Shown here one piece after another: positions 28,220 through 37,764 of a stretch of DNA of 64,000 nt (position 1 is the first letter of the stretch; each line of letters opens with the position of its first letter). The notes beneath the pieces were generated by a model, which saw nothing but the letters and a program-made list of their open reading frames with translations, did not search any database and was not told the DNA's origin. Source of the DNA: a candidate division FCPU426 bacterium. Lineage in GTDB: Bacteria; Oederibacteriota; JAAXVQ01; JAUVAV01. The stretch spans positions 1,276,878 to 1,340,877 of the forward strand of contig JBFLYH010000001.1 in NCBI GenBank assembly GCA_040756875.1, in the 5' to 3' direction. A program made the position numbers and the translations under genes.

Positions 28220-30185
28220 GAAGCGCCGGCCGGGGCTGGGGCACGAACACCCGGACCTCCACGCGGCGGTTGCGGGCGCGGGCGTTTTCCGAGCGGCCGC
28301 GCGCCTCGGGCCGGGATTTGCCGAACCCCGCGACGGAGATCGCGTCGCGGGACGCGTCCCGCTGGTCCGCAAGGAAATTGGCCACCATGAGCGCGCGCTC
28401 CCGCGACAGCTTGAGATTGGCTGTCACAGTGCCGATCTCGTCCGCGTGCCCTTCGCTCACGGCCCGGGCCTGCCCGGGATGGCGCCGGAGGAGTTCCGCC
28501 GCGGCCAGGCACTTGTCGGTCATGGCCGCGTCCAGCACCGCGCTGTTGAAATCGAACAGAATGCCGTAGATCAGAACGCCCGCTTCGCCCTCGGACGCTT
28601 CCACCCGGCGGGCGGCCACGGCGCGGATGTCGCCCGCCACCACGGCTTCGGAGCCGTCCGGATAAGCCACGGCCAGTTCGTAGCTGTATTTCAGCCTGGT
28701 GTCCGCCACTTTTCCCTGGCCGGAAAGGCCGTCCCAGAACAGTTCCTCCGGCAGTTCACCCTCGGCCTGCAGGGCCCTCACCTCGGCTTTGCCGCCGCGC
28801 TCCCGTATCCGCAGGCTCCAGCGCTGCACCGGGGGGCGCAGGTTGAACGCAAAGCGCACGCCCGGTTCGATCTCCGCGCCATCGCTGAACTGCAGCTTCA
28901 GCGGCGGTTCCAGCTGCGGCAGCTGCCGCGCGGTCTCGGTTTTTCCGGCGATGAACACCACCTGATAGCTGTCCTTGGCCGGCAGCAGGTTTCCGGCTTC
29001 GTTCCGGCCGTCCCAGGCCAGGCTGTCCGGCGGCAATCCGGCGCTGGAGAAGGTTTTCACCACCTGGCCTTCGTGGTTGCGGATCTCGAAGCGCCAGTCC
29101 CTGGCCTTGGCGGCGAATTCGGGGGGTTTGAACGCCAGGCGCCCCTCGAATTGCTGCGGCAAGACGGTCAGCCGCTTGGGCTGGGCCTGGGTGGCCTGGG
29201 CCACGCGCAGCTTGATCGCCGCGCCCTCGGCCTCCGGGGCCGCGGCTTCCAGGTCGCGCGGCGACGGTCCGGCCTGTTCGGGGAAATAGTAGGACAGGGT
29301 AAAGCGGTGGTTGTCGCCCAGGCCGTCGAAGGGCTGGTAGGCGTAATCCAGTCCGAACCCGCCGAAGCGGACGCCTGCGCCCAGGGACAGAGAACCCAGT
29401 TCGTCGAGCACACGGTACCCGGCGCGCACGGACACCAGGGATTGATACATGTATTCCAGCCCCGCGGCCACGGCCCGGTCTTCGGCGCCGGTCAGGGGCT
29501 GCTGGAAGTCCGCGAGCACATTCACCGCGTGCCCTTCGCCTGGCAGCCACTCCCAGCCGATGCCGGCCAGGAGCCGCAGAGGCAGCGGGTCCGCCTCGGT
29601 CTCGAACGCGGTCATGGCGCCCAGGTTGCGCAGGGCCGCGCCCAGGCGCACGGGCAGGCCGGGCAGTTTGAACTGCAGGCCCAGGTCCACGGCGCCGCCC
29701 TGGCTGGAGTAACCGGCCAGCAGGCTGGTGAAATATTTGGCGGTCAGTCCAGCGCTCAGACCGGCGCCCAGGTCGCGGGCGTGCGTGACAGCCGCGAGCA
29801 GGTCGTAATTCTCCAGGGCGCCGACCTCCTCGCCGAACTCATTGATTTCCATGAAATTGTAGGTGCTGGCGTAGAAGAATTGCCCGGCCCAGGCGCCGCC
29901 CAGCCAGTCCGGATAGAGGCCTTCCAGTTGTTCGTACGCGGTGTCCACCAGGGAAGCCAGGTGGGTAAACGCCAGCGCCGGCTGGGTCTGGCCCAGGATG
30001 CCGGCCGGATTCCAGGCGAGCTGCTGCGAATCGCCCTGCCCGGCCGTGCCCGCGGCCAGGGCGGCGGAGCGGGCCGGCACCTCGGTCAGCAGGAATTCGG
30101 CGCCCGTAGTGCCGGCGGCGCGCGCGCCGCCGGCCAGCAGGCAAGCCGCGGCGGCCGCAACCGCCGTTCGTTTAAAACGCCCCAT
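28200..30185 (-). CDS. PorV/PorQ-like beta-barrel + two FlgD-Ig-like domains + OmpA-C domain
   Basis: GTTGAEFL...ARSAAL..WNPAG...NHRFTLSYYF; two W..I....WDG....G domains; FDFNS..GHADEIG..NLKLSRERA..GFGKSRP..RNRRVEV. Confidence 0.8.
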   Translation of the reverse strand: MGRFKRTAVAAAAACLLAGGARAAGTTGAEFLLTEVPARSAALAAGTAGQGDSQQLAWNPAGILGQTQPALAFTHLASLVDTAYEQLEGLYPDWLGGAWAGQFFYASTYNFMEINEFGEEVGALENYDLLAAVTHARDLGAGLSAGLTAKYFTSLLAGYSSQGGAVDLGLQFKLPGLPVRLGAALRNLGAMTAFETEADPLPLRLLAGIGWEWLPGEGHAVNVLADFQQPLTGAEDRAVAAGLEYMYQSLVSVRAGYRVLDELGSLSLGAGVRFGGFGLDYAYQPFDGLGDNHRFTLSYYFPEQAGPSPRDLEAAAPEAEGAAIKLRVAQATQAQPKRLTVLPQQFEGRLAFKPPEFAAKARDWRFEIRNHEGQVVKTFSSAGLPPDSLAWDGRNEAGNLLPAKDSYQVVFIAGKTETARQLPQLEPPLKLQFSDGAEIEPGVRFAFNLRPPVQRWSLRIRERGGKAEVRALQAEGELPEELFWDGLSGQGKVADTRLKYSYELAVAYPDGSEAVVAGDIRAVAARRVEASEGEAGVLIYGILFDFNSAVLDAAMTDKCLAAAELLRRHPGQARAVSEGHADEIGTVTANLKLSRERALMVANFLADQRDASRDAISVAGFGKSRPEARGRSENARARNRRVEVRVFVPQPRPALPKAPTP

Positions 30186-30200
30186 CGTGTTCCCCCTCAT

Positions 30201-30256
30201 TCCCCTGGCAGGAGGGATGCATGCGAATCTCCTGCTGCGGGGATGTCGCCCCGCAG
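30201..30256. repeat. short hairpin repeat, second copy inside kdsC
   Basis: 30221-30250 is the exact reverse complement of 50054-50083. Confidence 0.8.
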
Positions 30257-30260
30257 TGGC

Positions 30261-32099
30261 CTAACGCACGACCACCAGTTTGCGTCTTTCCTTGAATCGG
30301 CTGGTTTCCACGTACACGATGTACACGCCGGACCTGACGATCCGGCCTTCGCGGTTGGCGCCGTTCCAAACCGCCTCAAAGGTGCCGGCTGAGGCCATCT
30401 GATCCGCGACGGTTTTGACCAGTTTACCACGGAGCGTAAAAATCCGAATTTTAACTTGCTGCGGTTCGTCCAGGTACACCGCGATCGGCAGCGGCGGCTG
30501 GGAAGTTGGCTTGAAAACATTGCCCCTGATGATCACGGGCGAGGCGCCTGAAGGCGAAACCAGGCGCGAAGTCGGCGTCGTGGTGGGGGTGGCGGTATGG
30601 GCCGTGACCGTGGTCCCGGCGGGCGTGGAGGTCGGCGTCTCCGCCACCGGAACCGTGGCGGTCCGGGTCGGGGTAAAGGTCAGGGACGCGGTGCGCGTGG
30701 GTGAAATCGTGGCGGTCAGGCTGGGGGTGAGCGTCAGGGAAACGGTCGGCGAGAGCGTGGCCGTCCGCGTCAGGGTGAAGGTCGCGGAAATGGTGCGCGT
30801 GGCCGAGAGGGTCGCCGTGGTCGTGGGGGTGAAGGTGGCCTGCGGGGTGGGGCTGACCGTGGGCGTGAACGTGGCCGTGGGAATGCCCGGCGTAGGGCTT
30901 ACGGTGCAGGTCGGGGTGATCGTGGGCGTGGGGGTAGGCGTGCGCCAGCGGCGGCAGTAGATCACGTGCTTGGACGTGCCGTCGTTTTCCTCCCAGGCCA
31001 CGTAGGGCGTGTCGCCGATCACCGCGATGTCCGGGTTGGCGCTGCCGCGGAAGACATCCACGTTCAGGCTGATATCCAGGGGAATCCAGGTGGTCAGGGT
31101 GACGTGTTGCTTGGCGTACACCTGGATGGTGTTGCCGTCGAACTCGCACCAGGCCACGACCGGATTGCCGCTGGGCAGCAGGGCGACGTCCGGCGCAAAA
31201 GCATCCTGGGTGTCCCCGGTATTCAGGGCCGGTCCCATGACCTGCCAGTTGCCGTCGTAATACTTGATGAAAACCTGCCGGTTGCTCCCGTTGTGCTCTT
31301 CCCACACCACATAAGGCGTCTCGTTCCAGACCGCGAGCCGGGGATGCCCGGCGTTGTTCAGAGCATTGTTGTTCAGGCTGCCGCCGAGGAGTTCCCAGCC
31401 CGTGCCGTTGAAGCGTTTGACGTACACCTGCGTGCCCAAACCGGCCGTTTCCTCGCACCAGGCCACGACCGGAAAGCCGCTGGCCGTCATCTGGATGTCC
31501 GAAGCCGAGGCGTTCCGGTTGAGGTTGAAATTCAGCGACGGCGCATCCACCATCCAGCCAAGATTGTAATGGGCAACGACGATCTGGGTGGCCACGCCGT
31601 TGGATTCGGTCCAGGTGGCGTATGGCAGGCTTCCAAAAATGGCCAGGCGCGGCATGAGCGTCGGATAACCGTAGGCAGTGGCCAGGCCGCCCATGGGCTG
31701 CCAAACGCCCAGGACGTAGCGTTTCAACCATATCCGGGCCATCGGCGGGTTTTCGATCCACAAGGCGTGCGGGTATCCGGCAATGTCCACGTCCAGATCC
31801 GAAGCCGGCGCATCCGCCGTGGCAGTGATGTTCAACGCACCGCCCATGGGCAACCAGGAAGTGGAAAAATTGCGCCCGACCAGCATCAAATTGGCGCCGT
31901 TGTATTGGCTGAAAATGACGTAGGGCGTCAAGGTGCCGGACGCCACGTCCGCGATGGCCGGCATTTGGGCGTGATAAGCCGCGTCGCTGACCACTCCCCC
32001 CACGTCCTCCCACACTGCCCGGCCGGTCACCGGCAAACTCAACAGCAGCGCGCAACCCATCAATACCTTCAGCCGAATGGACCCCTCCATGCCGCTCAC
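30261..32099 (-). CDS. secreted seven-repeat beta-propeller + Thr/Pro stalk + FlgD-Ig/T9SS-like CTD
   Basis: Signal peptide; seven P.VAW.E....Q..VK....W...G.LN repeats; TPT stalk; IRIFTLRGKLVKT...WNG.N..G..V.SGVY. Confidence 0.8.
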   Translation of the reverse strand: MSGMEGSIRLKVLMGCALLLSLPVTGRAVWEDVGGVVSDAAYHAQMPAIADVASGTLTPYVIFSQYNGANLMLVGRNFSTSWLPMGGALNITATADAPASDLDVDIAGYPHALWIENPPMARIWLKRYVLGVWQPMGGLATAYGYPTLMPRLAIFGSLPYATWTESNGVATQIVVAHYNLGWMVDAPSLNFNLNRNASASDIQMTASGFPVVAWCEETAGLGTQVYVKRFNGTGWELLGGSLNNNALNNAGHPRLAVWNETPYVVWEEHNGSNRQVFIKYYDGNWQVMGPALNTGDTQDAFAPDVALLPSGNPVVAWCEFDGNTIQVYAKQHVTLTTWIPLDISLNVDVFRGSANPDIAVIGDTPYVAWEENDGTSKHVIYCRRWRTPTPTPTITPTCTVSPTPGIPTATFTPTVSPTPQATFTPTTTATLSATRTISATFTLTRTATLSPTVSLTLTPSLTATISPTRTASLTFTPTRTATVPVAETPTSTPAGTTVTAHTATPTTTPTSRLVSPSGASPVIIRGNVFKPTSQPPLPIAVYLDEPQQVKIRIFTLRGKLVKTVADQMASAGTFEAVWNGANREGRIVRSGVYIVYVETSRFKERRKLVVVR

Positions 32100-32164
32100 C
32101 TGCTTTCCACGCTGGTATTATACCGCGGGTTTCAATAAAACCGTTGCAGAACCCGTCCAATTAG

Positions 32165-32294
32165 CAGGGTGCTGAAAAACCCATATATCATCCCCTAGCA
32201 CCCTGCTACCCCATGAAAAATCTCTGATTTTTCATGGGGTATTCCATGCAACGCAATCGAAAAAGACCGCTCTGCGGGCTTTTTCATCAGCCTG
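32165..32294. mobile_element. 130-bp MITE with 15-bp terminal inverted repeats and a TTAG target duplication
   Basis: CAGGGTGCTGAAAAA / TTTTTCATCAGCCTG (13 of 15 match), TTAG at 32161-32164 and 32295-32298, internal 16-bp hairpin at 32207-32241. Confidence 0.75.
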
Positions 32295-32325
32295 TTAGAC
32301 TCATCCGCAAACTCCCAGGCTCCCG

Positions 32326-33282
32326 CTACTTGATGACCGCCACCTTGAACCGCTCTTCCCCGCCCGGCCCGGATAAAATCAGCACATAGATCCCGCTGGC
32401 AACCTTTTGGCCTGACGAGGTGGTTCCGTCCCACTCCACGGCCTGCGGGCCGACAGCCAGGTCCTGGTCCAGCAGTGTGGATACGGGCCGGCCCTCGCGG
32501 GAAAAAACCGCCACCCGGCAGCGGCCGGGCTGGTCGAGCGTGAATTCCAGACGCGCGCGTTCGAAACGGTTCAGATGCAGGGTGTTGTTCAGCAGGCGCG
32601 CCTGGCTTACGGCCAGCGCGGTTTTGGCCGCGCCCTGGCGCTCCGGCTCGCCGGCCGCCGGCCTCAGGGGTTGCGGGGCGCGGGCCGTTTTCGGCTGGCC
32701 GTGCAGCCTGGGGCCGCGTATCCGCGGGATTTCCGCAGCTGGCCGGGCTGCCTGTCCGGCGGTAGGAACCGGAATGGCGGCAGCCGCAACTTGCGGCGTT
32801 TCCAGCCGGGCCGTGCGCGCCGGCGTGTAAACCGGGGTCAGCCGGGCCGTCTTTTCTTCGGCCGTCATTGCCGGCATCGGCGCCTGGGACTGGGCCGGCT
32901 GCGGGGCCTGGACCAGGGTGACAACCGGCGGTTCGGGCGGATGCTGCAACACGCGATAGGTGGACAGGACCAGCGCAGCCGCGGCCGCGGCCACGCCCAG
33001 GGCGCCGAGCGTGGCCGGCACCCAGTGCCAGCGGTACGGCCTGGGCGCGGGCAAACCGCCGAGGCGCAGCCGCAACCGGTGGTTGAAATCCGCGGGCGCG
33101 CGCAGGGAGTAATCGCGGGCCAGGGCGCGCGACATCGCCTGCTCCCAACGGTCTTCGGCCGCGCACAGCGGGCAGTCGGCCAGATGGCGGCGCAGGCGCT
33201 CCTCCCGCCGGGGCGGAAGCGTTCCCGCCCGCCAGGCCGACAATTCCCTGCTCCAGGCCGGATCGTGCCGGGGTGGGGTCAT
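32326..33282 (-). CDS. zinc-finger (ZAS/zf-HC2) anti-sigma factor with C-terminal FlgD-Ig/T9SS-like domain
   Basis: HLADCPLC (HxxxCxxC), one TM, Pro/Ala linker, then VAVFSREGRPVSTL...EWDGTTSSGQKVASGIY...KVAVIK. Starts 4 bp after the sigma gene. Confidence 0.8.
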   Translation of the reverse strand: MTPPRHDPAWSRELSAWRAGTLPPRREERLRRHLADCPLCAAEDRWEQAMSRALARDYSLRAPADFNHRLRLRLGGLPAPRPYRWHWVPATLGALGVAAAAAALVLSTYRVLQHPPEPPVVTLVQAPQPAQSQAPMPAMTAEEKTARLTPVYTPARTARLETPQVAAAAIPVPTAGQAARPAAEIPRIRGPRLHGQPKTARAPQPLRPAAGEPERQGAAKTALAVSQARLLNNTLHLNRFERARLEFTLDQPGRCRVAVFSREGRPVSTLLDQDLAVGPQAVEWDGTTSSGQKVASGIYVLILSGPGGEERFKVAVIK

Positions 33283-33286
33283 GGGG

Positions 33287-33892
33287 TCACGGCTCCCGCC
33301 TCCAGGATTTCAGCAATCTGCGCAGGTCCTCGCGCGCGCGATACAGGCGCGACTTCACCGTGCCCTCGGGCAGGCTGAGAATCCGCGCCACCTCGGCGAC
33401 TTCCAACCCTTCCAGTTCCTTCAGGATCAGAACCTGGCGAAAACGGGGATCGAGCTGGTGGATGGCCTTGAGGATCATTTCCTTGGTTTCCTCCGATTGG
33501 GCCAGTTCCTCGGGGGTGGAGGGCCAGTGGACACCCATGGGTTCGCCGGCCTCCAGCGCGGCCGTGAACAGCGTCCGCCGGCGCGAAGACTTCTTGGACT
33601 GGGTGTAAACCAAATTGACCGCAATGCGGTACAGCCAGGTGTAAAAATTGGATTCCTGGCGGAATTTGCCCAAACTGCGGTAGGCTTTCACGAACGTTTC
33701 CTGCGCCAGATCCTCGGCCTCCTGGGCGTTCAAGACCATGTGATAGACCAGGGCGTACAAGCGGTCCCGATAACGGGTCACCAGGGCGTCATAGGCGTCG
33801 GCGTCGCCCCGCAGGGTGCGCGCGATCAGCTGGCGGTCAGGTTCCCGACTATCGTTTAGACTGGAAGGCTCAGGACGAGGTTCCCGGCTCAT
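33287..33892 (-). CDS. ECF RNA polymerase sigma factor
   Basis: AEDLAQETFVKAY, FYTWLYRIAVN, EVARIL..PEGTVKSRLYRAR. Confidence 0.93.
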   Translation of the reverse strand: MSREPRPEPSSLNDSREPDRQLIARTLRGDADAYDALVTRYRDRLYALVYHMVLNAQEAEDLAQETFVKAYRSLGKFRQESNFYTWLYRIAVNLVYTQSKKSSRRRTLFTAALEAGEPMGVHWPSTPEELAQSEETKEMILKAIHQLDPRFRQVLILKELEGLEVAEVARILSLPEGTVKSRLYRAREDLRRLLKSWRREP

Positions 33893-36800
33893 GGAAGTTT
33901 TTTACGGATGGTTTCCCAACGCTGGTGGAACAAGGTATTGTCCGGTTCCAGGGCCAAAGCCTCGCGGTAATGCCATTCGGCTTCGGACCAGCGCGCTTGG
34001 CGCTCCAGCAGCTGGGCCAGGTTGTAATGCACCACGGCCCAGTTGAGCGAAAGCAGTTCCCATTCGTACTTGCCCTGGGCGGACGGCGCCAAGGCCTGGA
34101 GTTCGAGGGCAATGCGCAGGCTGCGTTCGGCCTCGGGATAAGCCCGGCGCATTTCCTCGGCCAGGCCCAGGTTGCTCCAGGCCCCCGCATACCGGGGTTC
34201 CAGGTCCACGGCAATCCGCCAGGCACGTTCGGCCCCGTCCATGCGCCCCGCGTCCCGCAGCTGGTTGCCCAGTTCGAAATACAACGGGGCCTGGTGAGGG
34301 GCGCGCTCCACAGCCTGCCGGAAGGCGTTCTCGGCTTGGTCGTACAAGCGCTCGCGTTCTTCGCCGGCCAGGCGGCTGGCGCGAAGCCCCAACAGCACGC
34401 CGAGGTGGCGGTGGATGAACGCATCGCTTCCGTTGAGGGAGAGCGCCCGCCTGAAGGCCCAATCCGCCAGCTGGTACCAATTGTCCGCGTCCATCAGGGC
34501 GTACAGGTCGGTGCGCACCAGGCCCAGGCGGTCGTAGCCCCGGCTGGAGAGCGGATGCACGAGCAGCGCCCGCTCGTAGGCGCGGCTGGCGGCTTTCAAG
34601 TCTTGCTTATAGTGCAGCGCCTCACCCAACCGCTCCAAATACTCGCCCACCAGCGGGCGGGTCGCGGTCAGGGCCACGGCGGCCAGCAGCACGGCCAGCA
34701 GCACGGTGAGCGGCTGGCGGCCGTAAACCCGCCACAACTCGGGCCAGGACACTGGTTTGGACTTGGCGAACGGCGCGGCAGACGGCGGCGCGGTGGCCAC
34801 GCCGGCCAGCAGCATGTACCACAATAAAAGGCCCGGCACGTGCCAGTTGAAATCCAACAAAGCCTGCGCCATGGCCCCGGCCAGCCCGGCCCAGGCCGCG
34901 ATCCGGGCCGCAGCCTCCCAGGACGGCGGCTTGGCCGCCTCAAGCGGACCGGCGCGCCAATAGCGCCGGAAATGCCAGTACAACATCAACAGCCCGGTGC
35001 CCAGCAACAGCAGTCCGGGCAGGCCCGTCGCCGCGGCCATTTGCAGCGCTTCGTTGTGGGCGAACTCGGCCTGCTTGCCGTAGCGGGCCAGGCCGCGGAG
35101 GTTGGGAAAGCTGTAACGCTCGAAAGCGTCCGCGAAATTTCCCGGCCCCACGCCCAGGATCGGATGGTCCCGGATCATTTTAAGGGAAGCCAGCGCCAAT
35201 TGTGACCGCTCGTACGCCTGGCCGGAATAACCCTGCCAATCCCGCAGGCGGTTTCCGGCGGACATCGGCAGCAGCACCGCCAGAATGGCCAGCAAGGCTG
35301 CCGCGCCCAGGGCCGCTGAAAAATACCGCGAATGGCCCTGGCGCAGGCGCGCAAGCAGCAATCCGGTTCCGACCGCAAAATTCAGCAGGCCGGCCATGGA
35401 GCCTGTGGCCAGGAGGGCCAGAAAAACCAGGACGCCGCCGGCGCCGGCGGCCAGGCGCCAGTTCCGGCGCCAGGGAGCCCAGATGGCCAGGGCCGACAGG
35501 CTCAGCCCGCCCAGTGACAGGTACGCGGCCAGGATGTTCGGATTCGGCCAGCCGGCCGTGGCCCGCGCGCCGGCCGGAGCGGTCAGGCTCTCCCCCAGCG
35601 CCATCAGGGCCAGGGCCAGGGCGCCGGCGCCGGCCAGCGGCGCCAGCCAGGCGCCCAAATTCGCCGCGGTCGAAGCCAAGGCGAACACCACGAGCGCCAG
35701 CAGCCCCAGGCTCAGGCCGGTAATGGCGCCGGCCGGATGCGGAGAAGCCAGGGCCGACAAGGTGCTCCAGACAAACAGCATGCCCAGGGGCCAGCGCCAG
35801 GGCAAGCGGCGCAAGCCTTGTTCCCAATTCTGCCATTGCGTCAGCCGGGCCAGAAAAAACCACAGCAGCGCCGCGGCCGCCAGCCAATAGACTGTTCCCA
35901 TGACCACCAGGCTGCGTCCGGCCCGCCACAGCACCACGGTTCCCACCATGAAAAGGGTCCAGCGCAGCCAGGGTTCCCAGGGCGCAGCCGCGGGTTCGGG
36001 TTTGGATTTCTTCGAACCGGTCAGGCCGGCCAGGGTGCCTGCGAACAGCCAGAACGTGAGGCTGGTTTTTAAAAAATCCAGGTCCACGTCCACCAGCGCG
36101 TGCAGCAGGCCCGCCGCCAGGCCGGCTGCAAGCCCCAAAGCCAGGATGCGCTGGGGATGGTTTTTAATTTTGGAAAAGCCCTTCTTTGCATGCAGGCCCA
36201 CGGCGGCCGCCAGCCAGACAAACGCCCCCACGCCCAGCAGGCCGGTTTCAGCGAAGCGCTGCAGTAAAAAGTTGTGCGCATACCTTACAAAGGAACCGGA
36301 AAGGTGCTGATACTCGGGAAACAGGCTGCCGAAAACCCCGGGCCCCACGCCGGTCGCCGCATGCTCCCATCCCATGCGCAGCGTGCTGAGCCAGTTGAAC
36401 CCCCGGCTGACGAGATTCGCGGACAGCATTTGCGGATCGCGGGCCAGGATCAGGACCAGGGCCACGCCCAGGGCCAGGGTCGAACCCGCGGCCCAGACCA
36501 TCCAGGTCCGGACCCACGGCAGCCGGTCTTCGGACCCATGCTGCCACCAGAAAAAGAACAACGCCAGTCCGACGACGGCGGACATCCAGCCGCCCACTGA
36601 TCCCGTGGCGTACAGGCCCAGCATGACCAGCACCAGCCCCCCGGCCACCAGGACGGCGGCCCAGCGCCGGCGCGCGGTCAGCAACAGGGCGAAACCCAGC
36701 GGCAGAAACTGGCTGAGAAAACCCGCCAGCAGGTTGGGATAGACCAGGAGCGAGAAGGCGCGCCGCGAGGACAGGCGGCGGGCAATCTCCTCGTTTAAAG

Positions 36801-37290
36801 GGCCTTCGGGCGGGTTGACGCCGAAAACCTGCTGGTACGTCTGGGCCAGGCCGGTCACGTGCTGGTACAACCCGTACAGCGCCAGCACGGCCGCCACGCC
36901 GAACAGGGCCAGCAAGGCCGGGCGCGCCGTATGGACGGTGCGCGCCGTAAGCGTAGCGCCGAGAAACAGCAGGAGCAAGGCCAGCTCCCGCGCAAACGGG
37001 TTGATGCTCGCCGCCGGGTCCTGGGACCACAGTACGGACAGCGCCCAAGCGGCCGCGTACGCCAGAACCGCAGGGCCGAAGGCGACGGGCCCCTGGGTTT
37101 CCGTGTGGAAGGCCAGTAACAGCCACAGAAACGCGGCCAGCAGCAGCGAACCGAGCAGGAAAAGCGAGACGGTCTGCGGAAGGAAGGTTTGCGGAATCAG
37201 CAGTAAGGCGCCCACCAAGCCCGCAACGGCCCAAAAGCCGTTGCGGCTGACCCACCGGGGATACCAGTGGCCGAGCAGGAATGCGGTCAT
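33889..37290 (-). CDS. tandem O-antigen ligase (Wzy_C)-like domains + TPR
   Basis: Two sets of R...PN.LA..L / ATGS / GVGPG.F / AHN..LQ...G..G motifs, then C-terminal TPRs. Confidence 0.8.
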   Translation of the reverse strand: MTAFLLGHWYPRWVSRNGFWAVAGLVGALLLIPQTFLPQTVSLFLLGSLLLAAFLWLLLAFHTETQGPVAFGPAVLAYAAAWALSVLWSQDPAASINPFARELALLLLFLGATLTARTVHTARPALLALFGVAAVLALYGLYQHVTGLAQTYQQVFGVNPPEGPLNEEIARRLSSRRAFSLLVYPNLLAGFLSQFLPLGFALLLTARRRWAAVLVAGGLVLVMLGLYATGSVGGWMSAVVGLALFFFWWQHGSEDRLPWVRTWMVWAAGSTLALGVALVLILARDPQMLSANLVSRGFNWLSTLRMGWEHAATGVGPGVFGSLFPEYQHLSGSFVRYAHNFLLQRFAETGLLGVGAFVWLAAAVGLHAKKGFSKIKNHPQRILALGLAAGLAAGLLHALVDVDLDFLKTSLTFWLFAGTLAGLTGSKKSKPEPAAAPWEPWLRWTLFMVGTVVLWRAGRSLVVMGTVYWLAAAALLWFFLARLTQWQNWEQGLRRLPWRWPLGMLFVWSTLSALASPHPAGAITGLSLGLLALVVFALASTAANLGAWLAPLAGAGALALALMALGESLTAPAGARATAGWPNPNILAAYLSLGGLSLSALAIWAPWRRNWRLAAGAGGVLVFLALLATGSMAGLLNFAVGTGLLLARLRQGHSRYFSAALGAAALLAILAVLLPMSAGNRLRDWQGYSGQAYERSQLALASLKMIRDHPILGVGPGNFADAFERYSFPNLRGLARYGKQAEFAHNEALQMAAATGLPGLLLLGTGLLMLYWHFRRYWRAGPLEAAKPPSWEAAARIAAWAGLAGAMAQALLDFNWHVPGLLLWYMLLAGVATAPPSAAPFAKSKPVSWPELWRVYGRQPLTVLLAVLLAAVALTATRPLVGEYLERLGEALHYKQDLKAASRAYERALLVHPLSSRGYDRLGLVRTDLYALMDADNWYQLADWAFRRALSLNGSDAFIHRHLGVLLGLRASRLAGEERERLYDQAENAFRQAVERAPHQAPLYFELGNQLRDAGRMDGAERAWRIAVDLEPRYAGAWSNLGLAEEMRRAYPEAERSLRIALELQALAPSAQGKYEWELLSLNWAVVHYNLAQLLERQARWSEAEWHYREALALEPDNTLFHQRWETIRKKLP

Positions 37291-37733
37291 TCTTTGGAAG
37301 CGGCCAGCAAGGAATGGGCGGCTTGCAACGCCAGCAGGTATGACTCGGCGCCGAATCCCATGATGCGGCCCGTGGCCACGCCGGCCACATAGGACCGGTG
37401 GCGGAAATCTTCGCGTGCGTATACGTTGGACAGGTGCACTTCGATGGTGGGTATGTTCACGGCCTTAAGGGCGTCCAGAATCGCCACCGAGGTGTGCGTG
37501 TAAGCCGCCGGATTGATGATGATGACTTGGGCCCACAAGCGCGCGTTTTGGATGGTCTCGACCATCTCGCCCTCATGGTTGGTCTGGACGATGCGCACTT
37601 CCAGGCCCAACTTGTTGGCCAGGTCCTGGACCGACTGGTTGACTTCCTCCAGTTTGACCGAGCCGTAGACTTCGGGCTCGCGAATTCCGATCAGATTCAA
37701 ATTCGGACCATGTATGACTAAAACCCGGTTCAC
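37287..37733 (-). CDS. aroQ: type II 3-dehydroquinate dehydratase
   Basis: HGPNLNLIG.REP.VYG, NPAAYTHTS.A..DA, EVHLSN...RE.FRH.S. GTG start follows GGAGG. Confidence 0.95.
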   Translation of the reverse strand: MNRVLVIHGPNLNLIGIREPEVYGSVKLEEVNQSVQDLANKLGLEVRIVQTNHEGEMVETIQNARLWAQVIIINPAAYTHTSVAILDALKAVNIPTIEVHLSNVYAREDFRHRSYVAGVATGRIMGFGAESYLLALQAAHSLLAASKE

Positions 37734-37764
37734 CCTGTTCCTCCCGCAACCCGACATCCTAGGC

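Noticed and set aside
28053-30392. Long + strand ORF (779 aa) and similar antisense ORFs (e.g. 1570-2940, 41065-42903, 53778-55028)
   Set aside because: These are shadow frames of GC-rich genes that carry clear family motifs on the opposite strand.
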